Shown here: positions 12,107 to 23,452 of the stretch, piece by piece
Layout: each line of letters starts with the position of its first letter
How positions within the stretch are numbered: position 1 is the stretch's first letter
Assembly: GCA_024137785.1 (NCBI GenBank)
Contig: JAHRHZ010000111.1
Coordinates: 28,653,329 to 28,717,328, forward strand
Reading direction: 5' to 3'
DNA length: 64,000 bases
Source: Ginglymostoma cirratum
Taxonomy: Eukaryota
The notes under the pieces: generated by a model
What the model saw: the letters and a program-made list of their open reading frames with translations, nothing else
What the model was told of the DNA's origin: nothing
Databases searched by the model: none
Position numbers and translations under genes: made by a program

Positions 12107-12634
12107 CCACAATCAACCCCATTAGTTCCTGGTTTGGATATTTTCTCCTTCAAGCCTGTCTTTATTTATGTTTGTGAACAGATGGCTCCACTGATGGATC
12201 AATGGAAATATTACTTTGCATTAGGTGGTGTAGGGCTTGATGGAACAGAGCTTTCTAGATCAGGTTAACCTCACAACTGATCCAGGTAGAAACCAGATTA
12301 GATAGTATGCACTGTACCAGTAGTAATGAGTTTGGTGGGAAAGTTGAATGACAATTAGCTTCAGAATCCAGGGCAGAATTGCTGCACTTCATTGCTTTCC
12401 AGTACTCTACTGAAAATTTTATGTCTTTATTAATGAGGATTAGGTCTTTGGTGCCTCATATAGTTAAATAGCCTAAGATGCTCTAGCATAGGAGAACGTG
12501 ATCCATGCTTTTTTAAAATGACTTGATGGATGCAGACAACAAAAATCAGAGGCGTGAGAATAAATTGAAGAAACCAGAAATTAAACAAAACATCTGATTA
12601 ACCTTACATATAGAACTGAAGAGTTATGCAATTA

Positions 12635-12985
12635 GAGACAGCTCAGGGTGAGTCACTGGACTAGTAATCCAGAACCCCAGGCTAATGTTCTGGGCACATG
12701 GGCTTGAATCCCACTGTGCAGACAGTGAAATATGAATTCAATAAAAATGCTGTAATTAATGAAATACTAACTTAATGGCAACCACATAACCACAGCCCAT
12801 TGTTGCAAAAAACCCATTTGGTTCACTGATGCCCTTTAGGGAATGAAATCTGCCATCGTAACACAGAGATAATTCCAGATCCACAGCAATCTGGTTGACT
12901 CTTAACTGGCCTCTGGGCAATTAGGGAAGGCCAACAAATACTGACATTGCCAGCAATGCCCACATCATTTGAATGAATTTTTAAA
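12635..12985 (+). mobile_element. tRNA-derived SINE (SlmI/Meta-domain-like)
   Basis: B-box-like gcttgaatccc, core aaacccatttggttcactgatgccctttaggg, and tail gggcaattaggga...cccacatc shared with the LINE at 32820-33198. Confidence 0.8.
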
Positions 12986-13789
12986 AAATGTGTATTAGCT
13001 TACTCATTGGATGCATTCCATAGGAATTGGATGAAATTGAAGTTCAGGAGTCATTACAGTGAGTTGAGATTGAGGTTGAAAAAATATGTTGAATAGTCAG
13101 ATAATATCACAAAACAGGAAGCAGAGAAAGTTTGATAGGCTGCAAACAGTAGGTTGCAATATTAAAGCATATATGCTAAGCCGCGAAGTTATGGCAACAT
13201 CTAAGAAATATATTTCACCCACTGCTAGGTCAAATCATCAACATAGAATTTGCATGCAGCATGTCAAAGGCCAGTCATTTCTCTTGTTACTTTTAATATT
13301 CTACAGCAAAGCAAGGCCATAGAGCTCATCTCTTCGTGCTTAATGTGCTGACATTCCTTTGACATTCACACTTTATAAATGTGACTGATCAGTTCTCTCC
13401 TGATCAAATTATGGGTTCCACTTCTCTCAACTGCATCAGTCCAGCCCATTACAACTAACTTATATTTATAGAGCACTTTAACAACAAGGGCTGGCTCTTC
13501 CATTTTTTTAGATAAGTCCAAGCTGAATTGTGATTTTAAGAGGGTTTTCGCTATGACACCTGGCAAGTTTCCTTGCACCATCTTACCAAATTCAATAATT
13601 ATCTACAACACCCCTGTGGCCTCTTGCACACCTGATTCCTGTCCCATCTAACCATGCATCATTGCTACAACAACTCACCACCTAGTAGATATCCATCAAA
13701 AGACCTGGATCCCTTGTGTCTGAGCCATCTTTAAGAAACCACTGTGCATTTGGATGACCACAATTATTCCAAATCTGTCCTGCTCAATT

Positions 13790-14010
13790 AGGGAGAAGAT
13801 GGTACCGCATTATTCCAACAGGGATCTGGAGGTTCTGGTGGATGGGGTGATGCAGTGAAGAGGTGTCCTCTTCCCAGAGTAGGCCACACCATCAGAGCCT
13901 GCCAACCCGCTCTGAGGTCAAAATTTGGGTCAGTACAATTTCCAGGAGGTGGGGGAATGACCAACCACACAGAAAGCAGGTCAGTGACACTCTCTGCTCC
14001 ACCATTCTCT
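13790..14010 (+). mobile_element. Harbinger-type Myb/SANT DNA-binding ORF remnant
   Basis: EKMVPHYSNRDLEVLVDGVMQ*RGVLFP followed by SEVKIWVSTISRRWGNDQPHRKQVSDTLCS fits the trihelix pattern F...dle.L...V...Lf...eva..V...Rt..QcrKk..Dl. Confidence 0.6.
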
Positions 14011-14145
14011 GCTATCTCAGACTCAACCCATCAGTGCCACTGCATGCACCTCCCACCAATACCCATGCCCCACCACTAGCACTGTTGCCTACAGCACCTT
14101 CCACTACCCATTCAATGACTTCAGCCTCCCACTCTACACTAAGCT

Positions 14146-14282
14146 GAGATAGTAAGAACTGCCGATGCTGGAGTGTGAGATAACACAGTGTGGAGCTGGA
14201 GGAAGGGTCTCGACCTGAAACATCAGCCTTCCTGTTCCTCTAATGCTGCCTGGCTTGCTGTGTTCCTCCAGCTCCACACTAC
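14146..14282. mobile_element. Foldback PLE terminal-repeat element (family A, older)
   Basis: agtgtggagctggaggaa...ttcctccagctccacact inverted arms with decayed core gaagggtctcgacctgaaacatc. Homologous to 11358-11546. Confidence 0.75.
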
Positions 14283-14465
14283 ACTAAGCCGATATGCTCC
14301 CCTACTGGGGAGGACCTGCCTTTCTCTAGCTTTGAGGATGATGGTACCAAGGTCTCAGAAGAAGGCCTGCTACACCTGACCCCAGCTCAGTTACTGACAC
14401 TTGGATGGGAGCCAGAGGCATCGTGAGGGTTCACCAAGTGGTGAGTACCTTACTGCAAAAGCTTT

Positions 14466-14530
14466 CTCTCTCACATACGCACGGCACACATACACACTCA
14501 TACACACACACTCACACATACACAAACATA
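14466..14530. repeat. Degenerate (CA)n-rich simple repeat
   Basis: cacacatacacactcatacacacacactcacacatacac running into the gap. Confidence 0.85.
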
Positions 14531-14660
14531 NNNNNNNNNNNNNNNNNNNNNNNNNNNNNNNNNNNNNNNNNNNNNNNNNNNNNNNNNNNNNNNNNNNNNN
14601 NNNNNNNNNNNNNNNNNNNNNNNNNNNNNNNNNNNNNNNNNNNNNNNNNNNNNNNNNNNN
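14531..14660. other. Assembly gap (130 N)
   Basis: Run of N. Confidence 1.
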
Positions 14661-16540
14661 CCTCAAGACCAAAGGCATGGTGCCAGGAGGAATGGAGGAC
14701 CTTGACCCTAGTCCAGATGCCCCATGCTTACAAGGAGGCAGGTCAGTACCAGGGGGAACACCACACAGGCCCCTTTGGCAATTTCTAATCCCAAGATACC
14801 TGGGCCCTCAATGCCCACCCTGTTTGGCTGTCTCCAACACCAGGAAGCCCAAGCTGAGGACGGTTGACTTGTCTCTGTCATGAACATTCTCAGCTGGTCT
14901 GGCCCATTGAGAATCAAGTACCCTCAGGGTCAGCCCACCAAACCCTGTGGGCAAATGGCCTCCACTGCTGAGCAAGATTCCTCCAACCCGGCTGTGTACC
15001 CAGGGAAGACTCAAAGATGTAGTGGGAGGGAGAGAAGGAAGAAAACCTATCAAATAAATTTTAAAAATCCAGCTGCATTCTTAGCCACACAAACACTCAA
15101 TGGATGGGACTCTGTACTGAGAGCCTACTGCACCATCTGGAAACAGGGGGAGCAATGTGACATTGGGTCCTGATGAAACCTTTACCCCTCATCATTCACC
15201 ATTCCCTCAGTGTGCAGAGCCGTAGGTGTTAAAGAGTTGTCCAGCTGTGACTGTGTCAGAGAGGGGCAACACGCAGAGAGGTTCAGTGATGTCAGGAGAC
15301 TGGGAGTAGGTGGCCTGAGTGCTGTAGGTTTCATGGTCTGTTCTCCAATGTCATTCTCCTTTGAAAGCTCTCTGAAAGATGTTTGCTGTAGCCTCCTACC
15401 TCACAGGTTTGAGTCACTTACTTCTCCCACTCCAAGAGCATTCACAGCCATTTTCTTACCTGTGACTCAATTCTGGGAAGGTGACAGAGAGTGCTGCTCC
15501 TCTAGAGACTCCCAGCTTCAACCTGACTGTGTCAGTGAGCTACAAATGTTCGTACGCCTTCCTATAGCCCATTCCATAAAAGCCACTGGCTTCAAACTTC
15601 CCCAAGTCCCCCTTCCAACTGTCCCTACCTACCCTTCCTAATCACAACTTGACACATGGGGTGACCATGCACAATTTGGTCATAATCTGCCCTCCTTGAA
15701 GCCAGGGAGCTAGTGACTGTCAATGAGCAATCCCCAACATTACTGCTTCCCAGCAAATCCTTCTGACACTCCCCTTCCCTAAATGCACTGCCGTTTGCTC
15801 AGAGTCTGTCAGTTAACTAACTAGTCCAGTTAATTAACTGTCAAGGTTCATTGCTATAGCTATAGCCACACTCGCCCCCTTATCCTTTTCCCCCTTTCCC
15901 CTTTTTTTCTGCAGATGGGCCTGATTGACTTACCTTCGTCCTACTTGACCAGGCAGTCCCAACCAAAATGTGCCCAGACTCCTGAGTGGCACCTATAAAT
16001 CTCCTCAACCGCATGAGACCTACCCCCAGCTTGTTGCTACAGTGCTAACAGATTGACAGTAGCCCTCTCCCTGGACTGAAGAGGCACGTGCTTCCTGACT
16101 GAGATCGCCATCCTCCCTCATCCCCCTGTGGGAAGCTGGCCTTGACTTATGGTACCAGGGTTCTCTGACTGATGGATGTGTCCTAGGATTTCAGTGCATT
16201 GAGCTAGCGCCTATGGATCATACACTGAGATATTGTCCTCAGCCAAAAAAAAAGCAAAAGGTTTGCAACATTTTATCGCATTTTGGAAGCCACAAGGCTG
16301 TAACAAATCTGAGATACAAGTTCAAACATATTGTTAAGCCAATTTTGTTCCTTGAAATGTATATTTGGAATGGTAAAAATGAACTTGATGATAAATCTAT
16401 TAGACTGTTGGACCTGAATGAACTTCAGCAGAATTTTGTTTTAATTTAGTAGGAATGTCTTTAAGGAGAATATTAACAAATCACCTTACATTGCTGATTG
16501 TCACCAGCAGCTTCAATGTGTCCAATTGAAATAGTTTTAC

Positions 16541-16640
16541 CAAAAGCAGAAAGTGCTGGAGAAACTCAGCAGGCCTGACAGCATTAGTAGAGAGAAACAG
16601 TGTTAGTGCCTCGTATCCAACATGATTCTTCTTCAGAATT
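16541..16640 (-). mobile_element. PLE terminal-repeat fragment (family B, decayed)
   Basis: gctggagaaactcagcaggcctgacagcatt...ttcttcagaa is similar to 12010-12098. Confidence 0.7.
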
Positions 16641-16942
16641 GGAATAGTTTTAAAATGGTTAAAATTGTATTGAATTGAGAATGGAAGAGCAAGACTGTTT
16701 CTCAGTCTTCCTTTGGAGCTACGACAGGAGACTGCTGGCAGTAGCCAGTAAATCTTTTAAAAGCCATCCCTGATATAGAGGTCACAGATTTGTCAACAAA
16801 AACAACTCATATGTATATTAGTGAAATGTTACATGACATATCATATATTAAAGTTATATTAAGAAAGACCTTAATGATAACTGTTACCTTGTTTCTCTAT
16901 TTTGCTACTTATACTATGAAAGTAACACTAATAATTATTTAC

Positions 16943-18449
16943 CGAAATCCACTGGACCCTGGGGTGGTTCCCGCAGATTGGAAAACAGCCAATGCAACGC
17001 CACTGTTTAAAAAAGGAAGTAGACAAAAAGCAGGTAACTATAGGCCAGTTAGCTGAACTTCAGCAGTGGGGAAAATGCTTGAATCTATCATTAAGGAAGA
17101 AATAGCAAGACATCTGGATATAAATTGTCCCATTGGGAATACCCAGCATGGGTTCTTGAAGGGTAGGTCATGTTTAACTAATTTGGTGGAATTCTTTGAG
17201 GACATTACTTGCATGGCGGACAATGGGGTACCTGCGGATGTGGTGTATCTGGATTTCCAGAAGGCATTTGACAAGGTGTCACACCAAAGGCTGCTACGTA
17301 AGATAAAGTTGCATGGTATTACAGGTAATGTATTGGCATGGATAGAGGATTGGTTGACCAGTAGAAAGCAAAGAGTAGGGGTAAATGGGTGTTTTTCTGG
17401 TTGGCGGTCAGTGGCTAGTGGTGTGCCTCAGGGATCAGTTTTGGACCACATTTGTTTACAATTTACATAAATGATTTGGAGTTGGGGACTAAGTGTGGTG
17501 TGTCAAAATTTGCAGATGACACTAAGGTGAGTGGTAGAGCAAAGTGTACAGAAGACACTGAAAGTCTGCAGAGGGATATAGATAGTCTAAGTGAGGGGGC
17601 AAGGGTCTGGCAGATAGAGTACAATGTTGATAAGTGTGAGGTCATCCATTTTGGTAGGAATAACAGGAAAATGGACTATGTTTTAAATGGTGAAAAATTG
17701 CAGCACGCTGCTGCGCAGAGGGACTTGGGTGTCCTTGTGCATGAATCGCTAAAAGTAGGATTGCAGGTGCAGCAGGTAATTAAAAAGGCAAATGGAATTT
17801 TGTCTGTCATTGCTAGAGGGATGGAGTTTAAAAACAGGGAGACTATGCTGCAGCTGTATAGGGTCCTGGTGAGGCTACACCTGGAGTACTGTGTGCAGCT
17901 TTGGTCTCCTTACTTGAGAAGAGATATACTAGCACTGGAGGAGGTGCAGAGGAGATTTACTCGGTTTTTTCCAGAGTTGAGAGGGTTGGATTATGAGGAG
18001 AGGCTGAGTAGACTGGGATTATACTCATTGGAATTCAGAAGAATGAGGGGAGATCTTATAGAAACATATAAGATTATAAAGGGAATAGATAAGGTGGAGG
18101 CAGGGAGGTTGTTTCCGCTAGGAGGTGAAACAAGGACTAGAGGGCATCGCCTCAAAGTAAAGGGAAGCAGATGTATGGCTGAGATCAGGAGGAACTTCTT
18201 CACCCAAAGGGTTGTGAATCTGTGGAATTCCCTGCCCAGTGAAGTGGTTGAAGCTACCTCGCTGAATGTTTTTAAGGTAAGGCTAGATAAATTTTTGAAC
18301 AGTAAACGAATTAAGGGTTATGGTGAGTGGGCGGGTATGTGGAACTGAGTCTCAAAAAGATCAGCCATGATCTTATTAAATGGCGGGGCAGGCTCGAGGG
18401 GCCAGATGGCCTACTCCTGCTCCTAGTTTTTATGTTCTTATGTTCTTAT
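16943..18449 (+). mobile_element. 5'-truncated CR1 LINE with near-intact reverse transcriptase ORF2 (pseudogenised)
   Basis: DWKTAN.TPLFKKG...NYRPVS, QHGF..GRSCLTNL, YLDFQKAFDKV, GVPQGSVL, SKFADDTK, LEYCVQ.WSP. In-frame TGA at 17054-17056, 1-nt frameshift near 17444, stop at 18348, and ttatgttc tail repeats. Confidence 0.97.
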
Positions 18450-18592
18450 AATGCTTAACTTTTTTAACTTTATTTTTTTATGACATTGTCCCTAATGTAC
18501 ATTATAGTGTTGACATTAGACACTTTTCACTGTATTCCTGTATTCCTGTACTTGAATACATATGACAATAAAATCTAAATTGAAATCTAAAT
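18450..18592 (+). mobile_element. LINE/SINE 3' tail (Rex1/Babar-like)
   Basis: cacttttcactgta...tacatatgacaataaaatctaaat; the same tail type is at 25800-25860. Confidence 0.5.
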
Positions 18593-18599
18593 ATAGAAG

Positions 18600-19265
18600 T
18601 CTGATCAAACAAAATTTGATACCAAGCCACTGTAAGACATAAAAGCACAGATTGTCAAAAGTTGAGTTCTACTGAACATCTCAGGAGAAGAAAGAGAATT
18701 GGAATGACGTGGAGAAATTTAGGAGGGATCTCCAGAGTGTAGGGCCTTGGTAGTTGAAATCAAAGCTGCCAATGGAGAATTAATGAAAATTAAGGATGCA
18801 CGCGAGGCTATCTTGGAGGAGTACAGAAAGCCTGAAGGTTTGGAGGAGGCTACAAAGAAAGGGAAAAAGTAATTTTTAATTAACCTGCTAAGAGACACCC
18901 ATGTGGCAGTTGTGACTTGAATCTTTAGTGCCACAATTTTTCTTAGACAAGGGTAATGCTGTCACTAAGGAAGGGTTTAGGAAAAACAGGATTGAAGATT
19001 TTAAAATTGAAGAATTGGAGGACAGGGAACCAAAGATGCCAGACAGTACAAGGTTGATGGGTGAACAGACCAGTCATAGGTTAGTAAACCAAGCTTTGGA
19101 TGAGTTCAAGTTCACATAAAGTGGAAAGTGAGAAGTTAGCCAGGACAGAATTGAAACAGTCCAGTCTAGAGAATCTACAACAGGGATGAGGATTTCAGCA
19201 ACAGATGAGATGATGCTTGGTTGAGGGAGGTGATATTATGAGGGTGGAAGTTGGCAATCCTGGCA
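18600..19265 (-). mobile_element. Decayed L2 LINE fragment
   Basis: Purine-rich antisense pattern (tttaggagggatctccagagtgtagggcc; gaaacagtccagtctagag) typical of L2 3' regions, with a similar piece at 24850-25000. Confidence 0.55.
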
Positions 19266-19825
19266 GTGGAGAAGATATCATTGCATAAAGGCTCCCAGAC
19301 CCTTGAGCATCCTTGCGATGATGTTAAGGATCTGTATATCACACAGTATAAGTAGCACAATGTGGACAAAGTTTAAATTACACAAGACTCTAACTTTAGA
19401 GAGTCTTCAGAGCACATGGACATAAGTACACAAAGAAGATAGATCAGCCTGTAATTAAGCTAACTAATAGATTGGAGGCTGGTATAGCTACGATAGTCTC
19501 ATACCGCAGTACTTAGTTTTGTTGTTTAATAAATAGTGTTACTTTGAAATCCAAACCTGAAAACAATTTTTGACTTTGTGTTCTCCTCAATCTCATGGTG
19601 TGGCATCAAGCCATCTGTAAGAAAACTATGGAGTCGGAAAGTCGGGGTTAAATAGGATACTGAGGTTGCAAACAGTCTGGATTAGACTCAGCCTGTAGTC
19701 AGGAAGTATGATAGAGTCAGTGGCTGGCAAGGAGAAGTTAGCTGATTTAATTTGGTGCCTGGGAAAGTATTCATGATATTAAATCCAACTTCTTTGTTTC
19801 CTCAGCAGATCCATGGATTGTATTT

Positions 19826-20155
19826 CATAGAATCATAGATCATAGAATCCCTACAGTGTGGAAACAGACCCTTCGGCCCAACAAGTCCACACCAAACCTT
19901 TGGAGCATCCCACCCAGACCCATCCCCCTATAACCCACCTTACCTACACCTCCCTGAACACTACGGGCAATTTAGCATGGCCAATCCACCTAACCTGAAC
20001 ATCTTGGGACTGTGGGAGGAAACCAGAGCACCCAGCAGAAACCCACACAGATACAGGGAGAACGTGCAAACTCCACACAGACAGTTGCTCAAGGCTGGAA
20101 TTGAACCTGGGTCCCTCGCGCTGTGAGGCAGCAGTGCTAATCACTGAGCCACCGT
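19826..20155 (-). mobile_element. HE1-type V-SINE
   Basis: Reverse complement gives acggtggctcagtgattagcactgctgcctcacagcgcgagggacccaggttcaattcc, the core, and tail ctgtagggattctatga. Confidence 0.95.
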
Positions 20156-22440
20156 AGACTTAGCACTAACAGCTTGATGTCCTGAAACAAAACTGATGTA
20201 CCTACAGAAATTAAAGTATCATTGCATCTTTGTGCATTTCTAAGTGCTGCGACTTCTGTGAAATAAATATCTAATGTATCAAACTGTGGAAAATTTGAAC
20301 TGTGGGGGTTTGCATGCTAGATACTGAGTCAATGCATCTCGACTCGTTGTACTGTTCAAAAAGAAAATTTACAATATGTTTCGTGGTTTGGATTCTAGCC
20401 CAAGTTCTTAGATACTGGGACAATTTTGATCAGTCCTGAATTTTGTAAAGTACAGCATGCAATGAAAACTGAGGGATATATTGGATTGCGTACTGTTCCT
20501 GATAATACAGTGAAAATTCACAAAATTCTACGTAGTACAAATGGCTTGATGAATTCTCTGACAATGTTTGAGTCAAATGTGAAGATTATGTTAGTTGATT
20601 GAATGTGTATTAAAATACAAGGCACCTTGACTGTTACGATTAAAATACAACAATAAGATTCGCAGTGTAATTTCATTCCACATGATATCGAATCAAGGAA
20701 GTGATGCAACATTGCATTTGCTGGTGTTACATGCACTTTACTTTCTCTCCCACTGACTTTTGAATAAAATCATTTTTGATTCAAATTTATCCTACGGTAA
20801 GAAAATTGTTCAATTTTGACATTATCAACATCAAGGAACAGCATGGAAAAGACTGGATTTGGTAGGACAGAAACTTTCAAATCAATCACTTTAGACTGCA
20901 CGCTTTGATATAACAATTTCATCATGTTCAATGGAGGACCTCTTCAAATGCAGCCCTTTGATCCACGATGCTTCACACATTTGTGGCTTTCTGATAGACA
21001 GGTCTTTCTTACTGAACAACATGAAAAGCACCTGACAGCTCAACTGCAGAATATTAAAGCAGACTCCTCATTAGAAAAATTCAATCCAGTCTCTCTGTTT
21101 CTACGTGAAACTACTTCAGCACTTTGTTCATTGATATAATGCGACTAGAATTTGAAGCTCAAGCGAAAACAAATTGCTTTCCTATGTCTGCTCTTTGTTA
21201 AGAACAAATGGATTTTATGACTGCAGAATAGCCAATTCTTGAGACTAATGTCTCTTTCTTAAAATTTTCTCATTAACTTTGTAGTTTTCTTTAAAGGGTT
21301 GAAAAAGTCAAAGAAAGTGAGAGGGAAGTGTTAAGTTATAAATATTAGCTTCACAATTGGACCACAGTTTTAAATCAGGACTGGGAAGTCTCAGTAACCC
21401 AGTAGATATTCAATGGGCCAGCATTAAGAGCTTTACTCAGTACCTGTCTTCAATTTAAGGGGAGATTATTGTTGTCATTCTACAAGTTCAAAAGCATTAT
21501 TAAAACAAGTGAACCCTTTCTAGTTCACCTCTCTACCCAGGATATTTAGCTGCAATCATTTATCTTTCCTTACATTCTTTATTTTTCTCTAAGCTCCTTT
21601 CCTACTAAACCAGAAATCTATAGAGTTTCCCTATGACTGCTGAATCAACTTACAAATGTAGTTTTTTGTTAGGCAAGGGCATTAAATGTTCAGAACCAAA
21701 GCAGTTAAATGGAGTTGAAATATAGATCAGCCATTACCTAATCGGATGACTGAACGAGTTGGATTTTCACTACAGGTCTATTTCATTGTGTTGCGGATTC
21801 TTCAAACACAAAGTAATGGCCACCTTAGGTCATGGAGAAGAAAGATAACGAGGATAACGCTACGATATCAGGATGTTTCTCCTGATTGCCACTCACTGCT
21901 TCCTACTGTTTGCGCAGGTTGACAGAGCAAGGACTGAGCTCGGATGTGATAGGACCATAGTGCTGAAACCTCCAAAAATCAAGGTTCAAATGTGAGTAAT
22001 GTTATGAAATACAAAAAGAAAGTGCCAGAAAAAAAATACTCCGCAGGTCTGGTAGCAGCTGCAGAGTGGGAAACAGCGTTAACTTTGAGTCCAACACAGG
22101 GCAAACATTCCCTCATTTCTGCCCTCACCCCTTCTCTTTCCTCCCAGGACTGTGATAGGGCTCCCCCCAATATTCCACCCCATCAACCTTTGGATTGAAA
22201 GGATTATCATCTGCCATTTCTGTCACCTCTAGTTGGATACCATCACTAAACACATCTTCTGTTCCCCATCCAGTCAGAATTACGCAGGGATTGTTCTTTC
22301 TATGGCACCTTGGTCCACTCTAACATAACTGTAACATCTCTTCACCCCTACCTCTTCCCCCACCGCATGTTCCCCCCCAAAAACATGACACCTTCCCATG
22401 TATTGCAGAAGATGTCACACTTGCCCCTTTCCCTCTTTCT

Positions 22441-22777
22441 TACAATACAATACAGCACAGGAACAGGCCCTTTGACCCAGCAAACCTGTCCCGATTCCTT
22501 TTCCTTATTGAGACCCACTACTTATTGCCCATGTGTGGTTTCTATGCCACAGTTCGCCTTCCGTTCATGTGTCTATCATTGTTGCTAATGTTCCTGCTTC
22601 CACCACCTCAACTGGCAATGCATTCTAGGCACCCACCAGCCTCTGTGTGAAAGGTTTTCCCTAAATTTATCCCCCTCACCTTGAACCCACACCTTCTTAT
22701 AGATGCCCTTTCCACCTCTGATTATCAACCCTATCCATTCCTTTCATCATTTTCGTAGACCTCTATCAGGTTGCCCC
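22441..22777 (-). mobile_element. CR1 LINE 3' fragment nested in the PLE
   Basis: Antisense CR1 end (acagcacaggaacaggccc...ccaccagcctctgtgtgaaa...acctctatcagg). Confidence 0.8.
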
Positions 22778-23151
22778 AGAATGCCAACCACCCCACCCCA
22801 GCCCCCATCCTTCCATTTAAAATTTCACTGTACAAAACTTGTATTTCTTTCAATTTAATCGACTGTATTTGCTGCTTACAGTGCAGTCTCCTCTACATTG
22901 GCGAGAGGAATCATCTACTGGCCGATAGTTTTACGGAGCACTTCCACCTGTTTGCAGGAATGACCCTGACTTTCTAGTTGCTTGCCATTTCAGTGCATCA
23001 TTGTGCTCACATGATAACATTTCCATCCTAGGCCTGTTGCAGTGTTCCAGCAAAGTCCAATGCAAGCTGGAAGAACTGAATTTCATTTTGCACTTCACAG
23101 TCTTCAGGACTTAACATTGGAGTTCAATGATTCAGATCCATTTTAGTTATG

Positions 23152-23452
23152 GAGAGGCAATGGCCTAATGGTATTATCACTAGACTATTATTCTAAAAAA
23201 CGCAGCTAATGTTCTGGGGACCTGGGTTCAATCCTTATCACGGCAGATGGTAGAATTTGAATTCAATAAAATAAAAATCTACAGATGACCATGAAACCAT
23301 TGTCAGTTGTCAGGAAAAAAACCCATCTGGCCTACATGTGACTTCAGACCCACAGCAATGTGGTTGACTCTTAACTGCCCCCTGGGCAATTAGAGTTAGG
23401 CAATAAATACTGGCCTAGCCAGTAATGCCAACATGCCATGAATGAATAAAAC
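23152..23452 (+). mobile_element. tRNA-derived SINE (SlmI/Meta-domain-like), internally deleted
   Basis: A box tggcctaatgg, B box ggttcaatcc, and the same core and tail as 12635-12985. Confidence 0.8.

Noticed and set aside
14391-14883. ORFs of 95-160 aa
   Set aside because: Artefacts of reading through the N gap.
17452-18348. 298-aa ORF as a functional or domesticated gene
   Set aside because: It is the 3' half of a 5'-truncated CR1 ORF2 with an upstream stop and frameshift and a LINE tail.
21873-21995. Short ORF MFLLIATHCFLLFAQVDRA... resembling a signal peptide, near a gtgagt donor
   Set aside because: Only 40 codons, no promoter or downstream exon evidence; compatible with chance.
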